The notes under the pieces were generated by a model. The model saw nothing but the letters and a program-made list of their open reading frames with translations. It was not told the DNA's origin and did not search any database. A stretch of 64,000 bases of DNA from contig CM082588.2 of assembly GCA_040954595.2 (NCBI GenBank), positions 11,669,398 to 11,733,397 of the forward strand, read 5' to 3'. This document shows positions 12,171 through 38,835 of the stretch, in pieces. The translations under genes were made by a program, and so were the position numbers. This DNA is from Balanoglossus misakiensis (lineage: Eukaryota; Animalia; Hemichordata). Numbering within the stretch: the stretch's first letter is position 1; the number at the start of each line of letters is the position of its first letter.

Positions 12171-15100
12171 ATGTATAAGAGAAAAGAAGACCTGACCAAA
12201 GGTAAATGTGAAATGTACTGTAAATGTAGGAAGATACTTTTTCCCTTGGAAATTTTGCACTCGTCAATTTGGATAATTCACAAAAATTGTTTTCTAGAAT
12301 TCGTATTTTTCAGCACAGTTGCTTTCTCACTTGATGCCTATGGAATATCCAACTCATTGAAAAAAGTGCAACTGTTCAAACAATTTAAGTAACACTTAAT
12401 GTTTTTTATCCCTTGAAAGAGAGTCAAGAAGCATTGGGGCGACTAGCCGAACAGTTTCAGATGAAAGAGGCTGAAGTAAAATCAAAGAGACTGAAGCGAT
12501 CTGTTCCAAAGCCACCAGAACAACAGGTAGGAATTGCAATCCAAATGATACATACATGAAGAAAGATAAGAACTGCCTTTCTTGAAGTATTTTGGGAAGT
12601 TTTTAGTCCCCCCCCCACCACTAACCTTTTTGTATTTTGTCTACACTTTTGTTTTCTTTCCATTCTACACCCAATAGCATGATGAATTGCCCAGTACATG
12701 TATTTAATTTCTCATCATCTAATTTACAGACAAGGTAAACATTCTAGACACTGGTAATTTCATCATGCTTTAGGGAATAGAATAGAAGTGTAGAGTATAC
12801 ATACACAGGAAAGTATAGACCAAGGTTATGTACAGTTCAGCCTTTAAGCATTATACGTAATTGCTAGGAGTTATAACACATGTTTTCTTCATATCCATGC
12901 AATGTACACGTCTTTTCCTTGTTAGTTATTTCCTGATTTTATGAAAATTTAAGTTTATATTCATGCCATTTTACATACATTTATTAAAATTTTGATGTTT
13001 ACCCTATTTTGTAACATTTTCATTCAGGTGTTAAATGTTACACCACTGATAAAAGACAGTAAAGGAGTTCTAAAGAAAATGGGGGCAGTACTACCATCAG
13101 CTGTCGGCAGAAAAAGTCAGGTGGCCATTACCGTGGACAGTGGCTCAAATGCCATGCACTGGGCCCAGAGTGTATCGGCACACTTCATCGACGTGGATTT
13201 TGTACCTTATGAGATGAATGACATAGGAGTGTTCATAAGGATGAAGGACCCAATGAATTTCCAATTAAAAGACCTGAAGGCAAAATACAAAAGTATGAAG
13301 GCGAAGACAGACAAGTTGCCAGTCTTCATGTTTGCAGTTGGGCAGAGTGAGTAAATCATGTCTATTTACATTGTCACAAGTTGTGTCAAGTATTTAACTG
13401 GATAAATTGAAAGGTTGTTTTTTTTCTTTGTGCCCGTTTTGTGTTGGATTATCCAGGTTAAAAAGTCATGGTAGTTTTTTATTATTCACTTGCTTCTTTT
13501 TAAACAAAAACAGACAAAAATAGAAGTGGCAGAACTTGTTTTGTTGGAAGAAAAGCGCCATTTCTGTCATTGTCACATGACTGGGCAGACCCCATTATCC
13601 AGTGGGTATCATTGGCATGGTGGACTTTATGGTTGGTATATTCATGCTATCATGCAATTATGCAAAGCCTGGCATGAACATAACAAATTCAACAAATGCC
13701 ATTTTAGACATGTATTTGCAAAATTGCAGGATAGTGGTACCTGTCTGGTCATGTGACAATGGCCCAAGTATGGGCACTTTTATTCCAACAATGCTACCTC
13801 CAAGTTCCACCACTTTGATTGTGTAAGTGCACAGGTGCATTATACTTGATTAACTTGATTATCTGACTCAAAGGTTGCACTAAAAAAGTTTCAGCCTTGT
13901 CTATCAGTGACCCCTTAAGGCAAAGTCTCTCTCTGCTTCTTGCTGCTTTTTTACATTAATTATGTTTGATACAAGATATTGTTTGTGTTATTAGGTCCCA
14001 TTGGTATAGGCCTATATACCATGGGACCTTATGGGATGGGTTGTGTCTGTATGGATGTATGTATGTATGTCTGTATGTCCGTCCACATCAAAAACTTGAA
14101 AACCGCTGCGCGTATCACCTTGATATTTGGTGTGCAGATGCAGGCAGGGCTGTAGATGGGAGTTTGTCCAAACGAAGTTGCCAGGCCCAAAAATATGCAA
14201 ATGAGCCAGTAAAATGTGAAATTTATCAAAACTCTGAAAGTCAACAACTACTGCTCAGATTGCTTTAAAAATTGGTATGCATGTACCTTATGTCAACCTC
14301 ACATCGACCTGTAAGTGTTAAGTTAATATCATGGATGTTTTATTTTTTATGAATTTTTTAGTCTTTTTATTAAATTTATACCTTTACTTATACCTCTATG
14401 GTTAAGCTATGTCCACGTCTTATTGTGGAGTTCTGGTCTGTGCAATAGTCCTGTACAGTGACTGTCTATTGGTCAGTGAGCACAATGGGGCCAAAATAAA
14501 AGGCAAATTTTTGGGCTCACCTGTAACACCTGCTTAACACATTAATTATGTGCATACCTAATTCCAGGCTAACCAATAAGGCTATAGGTTTGGTTTTTAT
14601 TGAACATGGACCAGTATAAGGTCAAAATTTCTTGCCCAAATTTTGCATGACCTCAGGTGACCTTTGACCTACTTTATCATATCTTGGCATCCAGAGCAGG
14701 TAGAGACTTCGCGTTTGGAGGGTTGGGACTAAAATTGAAAAGCCAAAATTGGGGGTCACCTGTGACACTTGCATATCTCATTAATTATGTGCATACCTAA
14801 TTCCAGGCTAACCAATAGGGCTATAGGTTTGGTTTTTGTTGAACATGGACCAGTATAGGGTCAAAATTTTATGCCCAAATTTTGCATGACCTCAGGTGAC
14901 CTTTGACCTACTTTGCCATATCTTGGCATCCAGAGCAGATGTGCTTATTGCTATGTTGCTATGTTTTTACATGTAGACATACAGCGAATCAACATTCGAC
15001 CACACACAACTTCCATTTCACTTGTATGATGATATGAGAATAAAAACTCACCCCAAATGAAAAAATGGTAGAGGAATATTATTCATTTTGGCGATTTTTT

Positions 15101-17781
15101 TTCACTCATGTCTTCAAGCCGAATGGAAGGTGTGTGTGGTTGAACGTTGATTCACTATATATCCACACATATAATAACATAAACGGTGTCTTGTATCAAA
15201 CATAATTAATGGAAAAGGGGCAGCAAGAGAGAGACATTGTCCCTTTAATGACCTATTTTCCAGAGTAAATCTGTCCTTTTGTTATGTGTAGTCCCAGGTT
15301 AGAACTATGGTTTGTAGTTTCATTGCCAAAGGTTTAAGGATCCTCCTACGAGAACATCTGGTCTTTGTATAGTCAACATTGAGAAATGATTTTAGTATGG
15401 ACTAAAACTCAGTAGTAAATAATTAACAGTTTCTTTATGCATATTTGAGCTATGCTGATGTGCTTATCAATTTTCAGGGCATTTCTGTATTCTGTATTTT
15501 TTTTTTGTATTCCACAGCAAAACATTCTTTGAAAGCATCCTTTGTTCAAAAGAAGCTGCAACTGCAAGACAAAGAGTTCGAGCAGCAAGAGGAACCTGAA
15601 CAAGAACAAGAAATGGTCAAGGTATAATGGCATGAATATTTTAACATGTGAAATTTAGTCTGCCAGTGATGTCATGGTTTGTAATACAGTGTGGCATACA
15701 GTATCTACTGGCGATGAATTGAAATCTTGACATTTCAACAAAATTTATGGGGAACAAAAAATATAGTTTAAGCACAAAACAGCAACATTTTACAAAATCA
15801 TAATTACAGCCAGATAGATATTTCATTTTTTTATTTTCTGTTATAGGGTACTGACAATGAAAAGTTAGTGTCCTGTGATCCTGTGTCCTGTGATCCTGTG
15901 TCCTGTGATCCTGTGTCCTGTGATGGTGTCAATGAAGATGTAGAAGTGATTGCGGTTGAAAATTCTGTTGACATAACAGTGGTGGAGGAGGTGGCAGCTT
16001 CATGTGAGGAATCCATGAAAGAATGTACTGCTGAACAGGCATTGAATTCAGAACAGGTTAGACATGATTAATTAACTACTATAAATGATGGAGCAGGTTC
16101 TCCGAATAAATATTCGAATGATCAGGCACTTCTAGTCAATACCAATTGTTTTTATTGGCAAACTGTCTATTCTGCTACAGTAAAACCTGTCGAAACTGAA
16201 CACCAAAGTGACTGAAGAAATTATTCCATTTGCAAAGGTGTCTGGTTTATAGGGGTTCTTTTAACATGTGGTTCCATGTCAAAGGGACAGGAACATGTGT
16301 TCAATATAGATAGGTTTCCAAATTAGACAGGTTTTACTGCTGCATGAGGAAATATGGGGACAGTCAGAGCAGATATGATGGAAAATAACTCTGACTGGTA
16401 TTTGCAAAGGTGTTGAAAGATTATGGAATGACTCTTAAACAAATGGGGCTTTCACATGTGATGTTTAGGCCTCCGATATTGATTAGTCTAAGGTATTAAA
16501 TGGTATCAATATTAACGTTACAGGAAAGAGAGAAACAAGCTCAAAGGAAATTGCAGAGGAAAGATGTAAGTTTAGTCGAATTTTGATTCTGAGTCATACA
16601 TTTGACTGGATTGGTTATACTCCTACACCAAAGTGACAGTTTGGGCAATGATGTTAATACTGGATTGAAACGTGTTGATTGTCTTTGTAGTTTTTGATAA
16701 ATTCTTCATTTTTACATTTATAGGATAGTTTTTGATAAATTGTTAATTTTTAGGTCCAATGTCTAAAAATTTAAAGCTCAGAGGTGCATTCTACTAAATG
16801 TTTGTTTTGTACTTTCTCATCCACATACCTATTTCACGTTAGGCAAGGCAATCTCTTCCCTAGGAACCGGTTAGTCAGTGAATTGTCTGCTCAGGTTATG
16901 ACACTCAATGTGTTTATTTCTTTACAGGCAGCACAGGCCAGAGCCGAAAATATAAGATTTCCCTTGATTAACGAAAGGAAAAGACAAATCTGCATCATGG
17001 TGAACGATGAGGTCCTGGAAAGGCCATTCAGAGACTTAGATACACTCAAAGTAAGTCAAGATATGGGCCATCAAGTGTAAATTGTGTGTTTCATGTTCAC
17101 TGTTCAAATACAGTCCGTTGCAGCCTTACAATGTAAGGCATTTCTGAGTGTAACTGCAGTCATACCAAAATAAAGAAACCAAGGTTTGGATTAATCATCA
17201 TATTCTAGCATTATAATTGTAAACATAAAAGAATCTATTTGCTTTGCAGGATGTCTTTGATTGGATTTGCGGTACAGTTGATTCAGAAGATCTTCCTTGC
17301 AGATTTTTTCTGCAATGTTTCGATCCTCCCAACTGTGTTGATTTTCAGTGTCAGCATGAATACCATGCCACAGCTGAGGCTGACTTCCTTTTAGTATAAT
17401 ATCTACCAGAAATGATGCTAGTGAAAGAGGTAATTTAATAATTTTAAATTTTTTTGATGATATTTGCATATTTCGGTGTTTGCCAATTTTGAGAGATTGA
17501 TCAACTGTCTTTTTTAGCAGTTTTATACTGAAAATCGAGTTGTCCAAAAATGCACAACATTCTTCAGTCTCGTGAAACAGAATCCAAATGTTCACATAGT
17601 ACAGCTATTCTGATTACCAAGTTTTATTTCGCATCACAAAATGTCAGTACATACACATGAATATGATAAACAATGTTTTTTAATGCATGAAATCACTTTT
17701 TTATTTGTTCAACAGATTAGTGGTGACCTGGATGACACCCTAACAAACTATGATGATGTTCTTCTGTGTGGGCTGTTTTGA
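12171..17781 (+). CDS. 9-exon gene: unknown N-terminal domain, acidic/coiled-coil linker, C-terminal UBX-like domain; in-frame TAA at 17397-17399
   Basis: GT-AG exons in consistent phase: 12171-12201, 12420-12526, 13028-13346, 15518-15621, 15847-16056, 16524-16565, 16928-17050, 17250-17429, 17716-17781. C-terminus RQICIMVNDEVLERPFRDLDTLKDVFDWI..RFFLQCFDPP..LV*YLPEMMLVKE resembles UBX. The exon chain is better supported than the domain call. Confidence 0.65.
13991..15258 (+). mobile_element. Helentron-associated (HINE/DINE-1-like) non-autonomous element with 239-bp tandem core repeats
   Basis: 5' hairpin aggtcccattggtata-ggcc-tataccatgggacct followed by a (GTAT/GTCT)n microsatellite; tandem unit ~14505-14700 / ~14745-14938. 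A related 5' hairpin occurs at ~10466-10510. The 3' boundary is uncertain. Confidence 0.55.
14970..15172. mobile_element. MITE-like foldback
   Basis: gcgaatcaacattcgaccacacacaacttccatt pairs imperfectly with aatggaaggtgtgtgtggttgaacgttgattcac. Confidence 0.6.
16178..16339. mobile_element. Tc1/mariner/pogo-type MITE (CAGT...ACTG)
   Basis: TIR cagtaaaacctgtc / gacaggttttactg, preceded by TA. A related right-hand part lies at ~30098-30262. Confidence 0.65.
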
Positions 17782-17808
17782 ACTGTACTTGTGAACATTT
17801 TTTTTTAC

Positions 17809-18010
17809 TAGGGGACCATTCAGTTTTTACGGCGGGAGGTAGGTAGGGGGAGTCGGCAAAATCAAGGGGGTGTCACTTAAATTTGGAAATTCAAAAGGGG
17901 GGTCATCATTTTTGGTCCCGTGTAAAGGGAATGGGGGGGGGGGGGTCTGCCTGTTTTTGAAAACAGATGACACAAACTTGCCCCAAGCCATGAAAACTGA
18001 ACGGCCTCTA
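17809..18010. mobile_element. MITE between the two convergent stop codons
   Basis: Imperfect TIR taggggaccattcagtttttacggc / gccatgaaaactgaacggcctcta. Confidence 0.55.
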
Positions 18011-18049
18011 AAGTATTAGCTGTTGTATTGTTCTCTTTAGTTGTGTAGT

Positions 18050-32242
<14,193 letters not shown>

Positions 32243-32544
32243 AATTCTCATCAGCAACAGTTGCCTTGGAGTAGCATGTTGATCTTATGCGCATGCTCTG
32301 TACGAACATCGGTTGACCATATGATAACAAACGTAAAAATTATAATTTGCTAATAACAATAATTTATTTAAAATATCTAAGCCTATAACGTTGAAAGACT
32401 TTTAGCTCAGTGTTCTAACAAATGCATGGGAGACCTAGCAGCAGTTCAGCATCTCGAGATGTTGCCTTGTGATTTACTCTTTGACTACAAAACCTTAACT
32501 AAAGAGGAGACCGGGAAGAAAAAGCCGCTGTCCAAAATCGCCGA

Positions 32545-33010
32545 CAACTCTTTAGCTGAAACGCCAATGCGCATGTGTAGAATGCCGGTGCGACAAAACT
32601 CTCCAGAAACGCCGATGCGGGAAAACTCTTTAGCTGAAACGCCAATGCGCATGTGTAGAATGCCGGTGCGACAAAACTCTCCAGAAACGCCGATGCGAGA
32701 AAACTCTAGCTGAAACGCCGATGCGACAACTCTCCAGAAACGCCGATGCGACAACTCTGTAGAAACGCCGATGCGACAACTCTGTAGAAACGCCGATGCG
32801 ACAACTCATCAAATCACCGGTTGTGATTTTGTCGGCGCCGGTAGATTGAGTAAAGGTGTCGGCAAAAATTTGGTTGTTACCGGCATTTTAGATTACGGCG
32901 TCGGCACCCAATGTGCGTCATATTTTCAGCATATGCGTTCCTATCGTTTGTCTATGGACTTTACCCATGTATTGAGAGAAGTTGTCGGGGGTCCCCAACG
33001 GCTTTCCATA
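32545..33010 (-). repeat. Right TIR including 2 copies of the 78-bp repeat and extra 22-bp units
   Basis: Reverse complement of the left TIR; gaaacgccgatgcgacaactc units at ~32710-32808. Confidence 0.93.
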
Positions 33011-35642
33011 ACAGACACTGGCGTTCGTTAGCAACGGTAATCAAGTCGGATTTCCTTCGGCCTGGCTCTGCAAAAGACCCGACACTCTAGTACAAAGACG
33101 TTGGCTAAGTCGGGCAAACCGAACAGGGAAAGTCACAGCGGGTCAACACTCGACATTTGTTCCGGTAGGACTGCATTATTGCCTGTCAATTTATAGAGAA
33201 AGCCCGAATTTAACCAGGGCGTTTCAAACACCGACGTTAGTTGGGGCACGGCCTGCAGTACTGCCGGGTAAGCTGACATCAGCGTACCGCATATAATGTA
33301 GGGGGGGGGAACAGAACGGTTAAATACTACATTTATCAGATATCAGCTAATTTTGGACAATCATCTAAAATGTAAATCATCTTTTCATATTTGGATATCT
33401 GATGATGTATGACATTTCCATTATATGTAAAAATGGTGCTGATTATAAAAATGCACTCTGAATGAGCTGATTTAATGCAAAATTGCGTTTTATTCGTTTT
33501 TGCACCAAAAAGGTCATTTTTAGGCAAAATATTCTTTATTTTTTTAATTCGGTGACCTGATCATATATAAACAATTGCTTGTATGTTAAAAGTTTTTATG
33601 ACTTTTAAAAGCAGTGACACTGGCGGCATTCAACACGAAAATAACAATTTTAGCCACAATTTGGTCAAAATGGTAAATTTTTGAAAATTACAAAAAATAC
33701 CTGTTTTCTACATTTTCGGAAATCTGATGGAGTATAGAATGCTCTTCGTATGTATATATCGATACAAATTCCACAAAAGACCGTCTAATTTGGCTCACTG
33801 CAGACAAAATTGCGTTTTACAAAATTTTCCTTGAAAATGTCATTTTTAGAAGAAAAAAAAATTAAAAAACCTTTTATCTTCGAATTTGGTGCCCTGATCA
33901 TATATGACATGTTGATTGTATGTTAAAACTTTCGACCACTCCAAAAATGCAGGGATATTGACGGAATTCAAGAAAAAATAGCCATTTTGGCCATATTTTG
34001 ACAAAAATGGTAAATTTTTAAAAAATCATAAAAAATTAACTCTTTTCTTCATTTTCGGAAATATTATGGAGCATGAAGTGTCGTTCTCTTCTAAAAAGTG
34101 CTGCAAATTCCAGAAAAGGCGGTATAATTTGAATCACCCAAGACAAAATTACCATTTTCGACTTTTTTTCGAAATATTGTTTTTTTACAAAATAAATAAG
34201 AATAAATTCTTTTCTTAGTTTCAAACAGGTAGAGATACTTTCCACACGGGTTTTCTAACATTGAATTCCCGTTCATCAACTCAGATTTCCTACAGCATAA
34301 GTCGGCTAAAACCCTGAGACTTTAGAGCAGAAACAGTTGCACACTGGTAACGTTGAACAAGTCGATTTTTCTACGGCCTGGCTCGGCTAAATCTCCGTCA
34401 CAATATGACAGACACTATCGTACGTTAGCAACGGTGATCAAGTCAGATTTTCTACGGCATGGCTTGGATAAAGCCCCGGCACTAGAGCAGAAACACGCGT
34501 ACAGAGACCACGTTGATCTACTCACATTTCCTTCGGCCTGGCACGGCTGATGCCCCGGCACTATATATAGGACACAGACTGGCGTAAGTTAACAACGGTA
34601 ATCACGTCGGGTTTCCTACGGCCTGGCTCAGCTGAAGCCCCGGCGCTCTAGAGCAGAAACAGGCGTACATTGACCACGTTGATCAAGTCAGATTTCCTAC
34701 GGCGTGACTCGGCTGGTGCACCGGCTCTATATGACACAGACTGGCGTAAGTTATCAACAGTGATTACGTCGGATTTCCTACGGCCTGGTTTAGCTGAAGC
34801 CCCGGCACTTTAGAGCGGAAACTCGCGTACATTGACCACGATGATCAAGTCAGATCTCCTACGGCCTGGCTCGACTAAAACCCCGGCACACCATGACAGA
34901 CACTAGCGTTCGTTAGCAACGGTGATCAAGTCGGATTTCCTTCGGCCTGGCTCTGCAAAAGACCCGACACTCTAGTACAAAGACGTTGGCTAAGTCGGGC
35001 AAACCGAACAGGGAAAGTCACAGCGGGTCAACACTCGACATTTGTTCCGGTAGGACTGCATTATTGCCTGTCAATTTATAGAGAAAGCCCGAATTTAACC
35101 AGGGCGTTTCAAACACCGACGTTAGTTGGGGCACGGCCTGCAGTACTGCCGGGTAAGCTGACATCAGCGTACAGCATATAATGTAGGGGGGGGGGGACAG
35201 AACGGTTAAATACTACATTTATCAGATATCAGCTAATTTTGGACAATCATCTAAAATGTAAATCATCTTTTCATATTTGGATATCTGATGATGTATGACA
35301 TTTCCATTATATGTAAAAATGGTGCTGATTATAAAAATGCACTCTGAATGAGCTGATTTAATGCAAAATTGCCTTTTATTCGTTTTTGCACCAAAAAGGT
35401 CATTTTTAGGCAAAACATTCTTTATTTTTTTAATTCGGTGACCTGATCATATATAAACAATTGCTTGTATGTTAAAAGTTTTTATGACTTTTAAAAGCAG
35501 TGACACTGGCGGCATTCAACACGAAAATAACAATTTTAGCCACAATTTGGTCAAAATGGTAAATTTTTGAAAATTACAAAAAATACCTGTTTTCTACATT
35601 TTCGGAAATCTGATGGAGTATAGAATGCTCTTTGTATGTATA
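33011..35642. repeat. Macrosatellite array, middle part
   Basis: Same unit; anchor at ~33715 and ~35601. Confidence 0.97.
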
Positions 35643-35903
35643 TGTAGTAAATACCGGTTACTAACCTGGTAGGTACTACGGGTTGTCTTATTCCGGGCCA
35701 CAGAGTTTTGCTTGGTACTGGTCGTCAGTCCTGGTAGCGTGTTGCTCTGATGCTGGTCCGGGTCGTTCTGGTTCTGATAGTTGAGAAACGTGGGTAAAAA
35801 CCAGTAGCACAGGTGCAGGGCATTCCGTAGTGCAATTACGTCAGAGGCGTCCCACCTGTACAGCAGGGCGCCACCAACGGCCAGAAGCCCACAAATTACT
35901 ACA
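35643..35903 (-). repeat. 3' LTR
   Basis: No difference seen from 46730-46990. PPT aagaaaagtgggaagag lies directly upstream on the minus strand (35904-35920). Confidence 0.97.
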
Positions 35904-36025
35904 CTCTTCCCACTTTTCTTTTTTGGCAGGATGGTCAACCTAGGGATCTCAAAAGGCTAGAGAAGTTAACGTATTTTTCCCACCCCTGCAATCTGCCAAC
36001 CTCATGGTCTTGGCGAGATTGATCC

Positions 36026-38800
36026 CTAGTGATATAGACGTCTGGTGTTACGGACAGTTGCTTCAAGAAGGTGCACTAGATCAGTCCCCCTTGAGTTAGC
36101 AACAGCCACGGCCACATCCCCTATAAGAGCTGGAGTACTGGTTACATCACGAGGGCCCCCAAGATACGGCGAATCTGTTTCGATTAACAGACGCTCGATG
36201 GGCACCTCCTTCAAAGCTCGAATCTGGCAACGGTCAAATTTGGTGGTCGTGATGGAGAAACCGAAGTAACAATTCTTGAAGCGCTTCGACCACCTTTGAA
36301 CAGTGTTGACCGTACCAGTAAAATTGTGGATATGTATTTTCTGCCGTGGCGAACACCATTCCTGTACTAATTGCAATGCTTGGCAATGCACATCTGACCC
36401 ATACTGGTCCCCATATGGCCCTCTAATGTGCAGGACTAAGGGTTTCTCAGGCACACACATGGCAAGTGCTCGAGAGAGAACCCTGTCTTGGGCGCTCCCG
36501 TATTTACTTGGCTCTGTGCGGTCGAGACCCACCTCCCCAAGGGCGGCTACCTGTGTGCTCGTGACAAGCCGCTTGAGGGCTTTAAAGGTCCTTTCGTCGG
36601 CTCTTGGAGCTTTCCTTGGATGGATCCCGATGGCGATACTCCAACCTTTGGGCCGGTTCAAATCCATGGGGTAGTACTCCGGATCGCAAAAGACCTCGAC
36701 GCCCCCAATGATGTTGACAGGAAAATTCGCCCTTGGGCCATTATGCCAGTTAACCAAAGCTACTGATGTTGCAGGGCAGTCCCTACCGCGAAATCGAGCC
36801 AGTGTTCGGTCAAGATGAAAGTGGGAATCCATGGCTTCCAATAGACTGTCTGATTGTAGATAATCCTGTGCTGTCCCCTGTAACTCTTGCTCAATAGGTT
36901 GGTCAGCTTGGGATTCTATTGTAATTGAGTCCAGTATCACGTATTCAACCGGGAGCTCAATTTCTGATGGTGGGATCGGGACTGAGTCCTGTATCACGTG
37001 ATCAACAGGTTGCTCAGCCTGTGGGATCCTTTCAGTACAGTCTAATGGAATTTCTTTCTCTACTTGATCACCCCATGAGATTCCCTGGGACGTGGAGTCC
37101 TGTATCACGGATTCAACAGGTTGTTCCATTTCTCCCATACCTATAATCATTGCCAAGTCTTGGTGTGCGTCCTCCACATGGATCGGACTATTTCCTGAGG
37201 CTACAGGTGAATATGTGATCTCCCTCGCATGAGTTGGAGATTGGAACTCACCTTCATTTTCGGAAACCATTTCCTGGTCGACACAGGAGCCAGTCTCCCC
37301 CCTAGGGGTAGGTGACCGCGGCTCGCCGTGATCTGCCTCAGGATTCTCTGTTACCATTTCCTGGTCTGCACTTGGCGAGCAGGAGACAGTCTCCCCCGTA
37401 AGGGTAGGTGACTGAGGATCTCCGTGCTCTGCCTCGGGGCCTTCCAGTTCCGGCATCGGATGACATGGTGAATGCGAGGTGATCTCCGCCACTGGGGTGG
37501 GAGACCGGGACTCACCATGCTCCCTTGGGGGTACCACGGGTTGGAAGGCTTCCCGCTGCTCCTCAGTCAGGTGCGAAAGGAGGATGACGAGAATCCTCCA
37601 ATGCAGCAGGACGGCTGGTGAATTCGGTGGGTGCAGCGAGAATCGTCGTGGTACGGCCCATCCGCTGGTCTGGCACAGTCGCTTCATCATCAGACAGTTG
37701 GCTTCGGTGAGCGCAGAGGATGCTGGGACTTCTTCCAAGTGATGTTGCAGGAAGTACTCCAGCAGCTTGGTGACAGTTCCTCTGGGGCCCAAAACCCAGC
37801 CCGCCAGCTTCAGCAGGGCATGAGTAACATCAGCTGTCTGCATGATAAGGGGGTTTTCCTGTAGACGGGGGTCGATATGGTAGAAGAAGCAGTGCCGTTT
37901 GAGACGTTTGGAGGTCTGCCCACATCCTGGAATAGGGCAGGTACATGAGCGGCTGTTGGTAGATTTTCTGCTTCTTCTACCCCTACAGGAATTGGTCGCC
38001 GCAGTCGTGGTGGTCTTTGACTTCGGCACCCCCTTCGGCTCCTGTGCCATCCATACAACGGAGCGTCGCCGCCGCTTCCCGTCACGCTGTATGGTCACCT
38101 CCAAACGAGATTCCTCACCCCGCTCTCGCTTCTTTGGTTTAGTGGCCGCCATCTTCTGCGTTCCTCTCCGTGGCTGGCTTGATGTCTTTCGTGGTGGCTC
38201 ACGGGGGGTACTTTTCCGTGGCTCTGCCAGGGGTCGCCGCGCAGCTACTGCTGAGTACAATTCACGGGGCGCTGCAGAAGATGGTTGTGTCGATGTTCTT
38301 CGGGGTGAGGATGCCCGCGATGTTGAGGCGATGGAGGTGACTGGGTCCCTGCCTTGCATGGTGTCTTCTACTACAACCGTCTCCCCCGACTTCTTCAGCA
38401 GGTGCTTGACAGTCGGGAGATCGGGCTGCGTCTGTAGGCGAACATCACGGCAGGGTCCAGACGTGACGGTACTGCTGGGACGGGACTTCCGTTGCGGGAT
38501 CCTGTTCTTATGCGGATCCCGATGGAGAAGATGCTTGTACAGCCATTCCTCGGAGAAGATCACATCGGCTTCGCGGCGTGTAGTCTCCACCCAATGCCAA
38601 TGGCCTCTCCGAGATGCTAGTTGATACTGGCGTAACAGCATCCTCTCCTTTTCAGGGAGCGTGACCTTGGCCAGCCCGATGCCGTAGGTGAGGTCGAGTG
38701 GTGGAAGCAGAATCCGTTTCCGGTCTGCCTCCACCACTTCTTGCCAGGTCATATGCTGCTTCTTAGGGCGAGGTCCCCCGCGATACCGCTGGGAGTCCAT
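36026..38800 (-). CDS. ORF3, 924 aa: basic disordered region, C2H2-like motif, acidic repeats, C-terminal TatD-family nuclease
   Basis: MDSHFHLD, IGIHP, VAALGEVGLD, KPLVLHIR, IHIHNFTG, LLIETDSPYL match the TatD metal-binding motifs. The first ATG is at 38800, after an acceptor-like tract. Confidence 0.9.
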   Translation of the reverse strand: MDSQRYRGGPRPKKQHMTWQEVVEADRKRILLPPLDLTYGIGLAKVTLPEKERMLLRQYQLASRRGHWHWVETTRREADVIFSEEWLYKHLLHRDPHKNRIPQRKSRPSSTVTSGPCRDVRLQTQPDLPTVKHLLKKSGETVVVEDTMQGRDPVTSIASTSRASSPRRTSTQPSSAAPRELYSAVAARRPLAEPRKSTPREPPRKTSSQPRRGTQKMAATKPKKRERGEESRLEVTIQRDGKRRRRSVVWMAQEPKGVPKSKTTTTAATNSCRGRRSRKSTNSRSCTCPIPGCGQTSKRLKRHCFFYHIDPRLQENPLIMQTADVTHALLKLAGWVLGPRGTVTKLLEYFLQHHLEEVPASSALTEANCLMMKRLCQTSGWAVPRRFSLHPPNSPAVLLHWRILVILLSHLTEEQREAFQPVVPPREHGESRSPTPVAEITSHSPCHPMPELEGPEAEHGDPQSPTLTGETVSCSPSADQEMVTENPEADHGEPRSPTPRGETGSCVDQEMVSENEGEFQSPTHAREITYSPVASGNSPIHVEDAHQDLAMIIGMGEMEQPVESVIQDSTSQGISWGDQVEKEIPLDCTERIPQAEQPVDHVIQDSVPIPPSEIELPVEYVILDSITIESQADQPIEQELQGTAQDYLQSDSLLEAMDSHFHLDRTLARFRGRDCPATSVALVNWHNGPRANFPVNIIGGVEVFCDPEYYPMDLNRPKGWSIAIGIHPRKAPRADERTFKALKRLVTSTQVAALGEVGLDRTEPSKYGSAQDRVLSRALAMCVPEKPLVLHIRGPYGDQYGSDVHCQALQLVQEWCSPRQKIHIHNFTGTVNTVQRWSKRFKNCYFGFSITTTKFDRCQIRALKEVPIERLLIETDSPYLGGPRDVTSTPALIGDVAVAVANSRGTDLVHLLEATVRNTRRLYH

Positions 38801-38835
38801 GATCTGTACAAGAAAGAATAAGAGACATGATGAGG

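Noticed and set aside
17191-17595. 134-aa minus-strand ORF as the transposase last exon
   Set aside because: It is antisense to exon 8 of the plus-strand gene; the transposase ends in frame at 18050.
36026-36850. TatD and HhH as bacterial contamination or a host TATDN gene
   Set aside because: Both lie within LTRs, PBS and PPT, with a TSD in the host satellite, and are fused to element ORFs.
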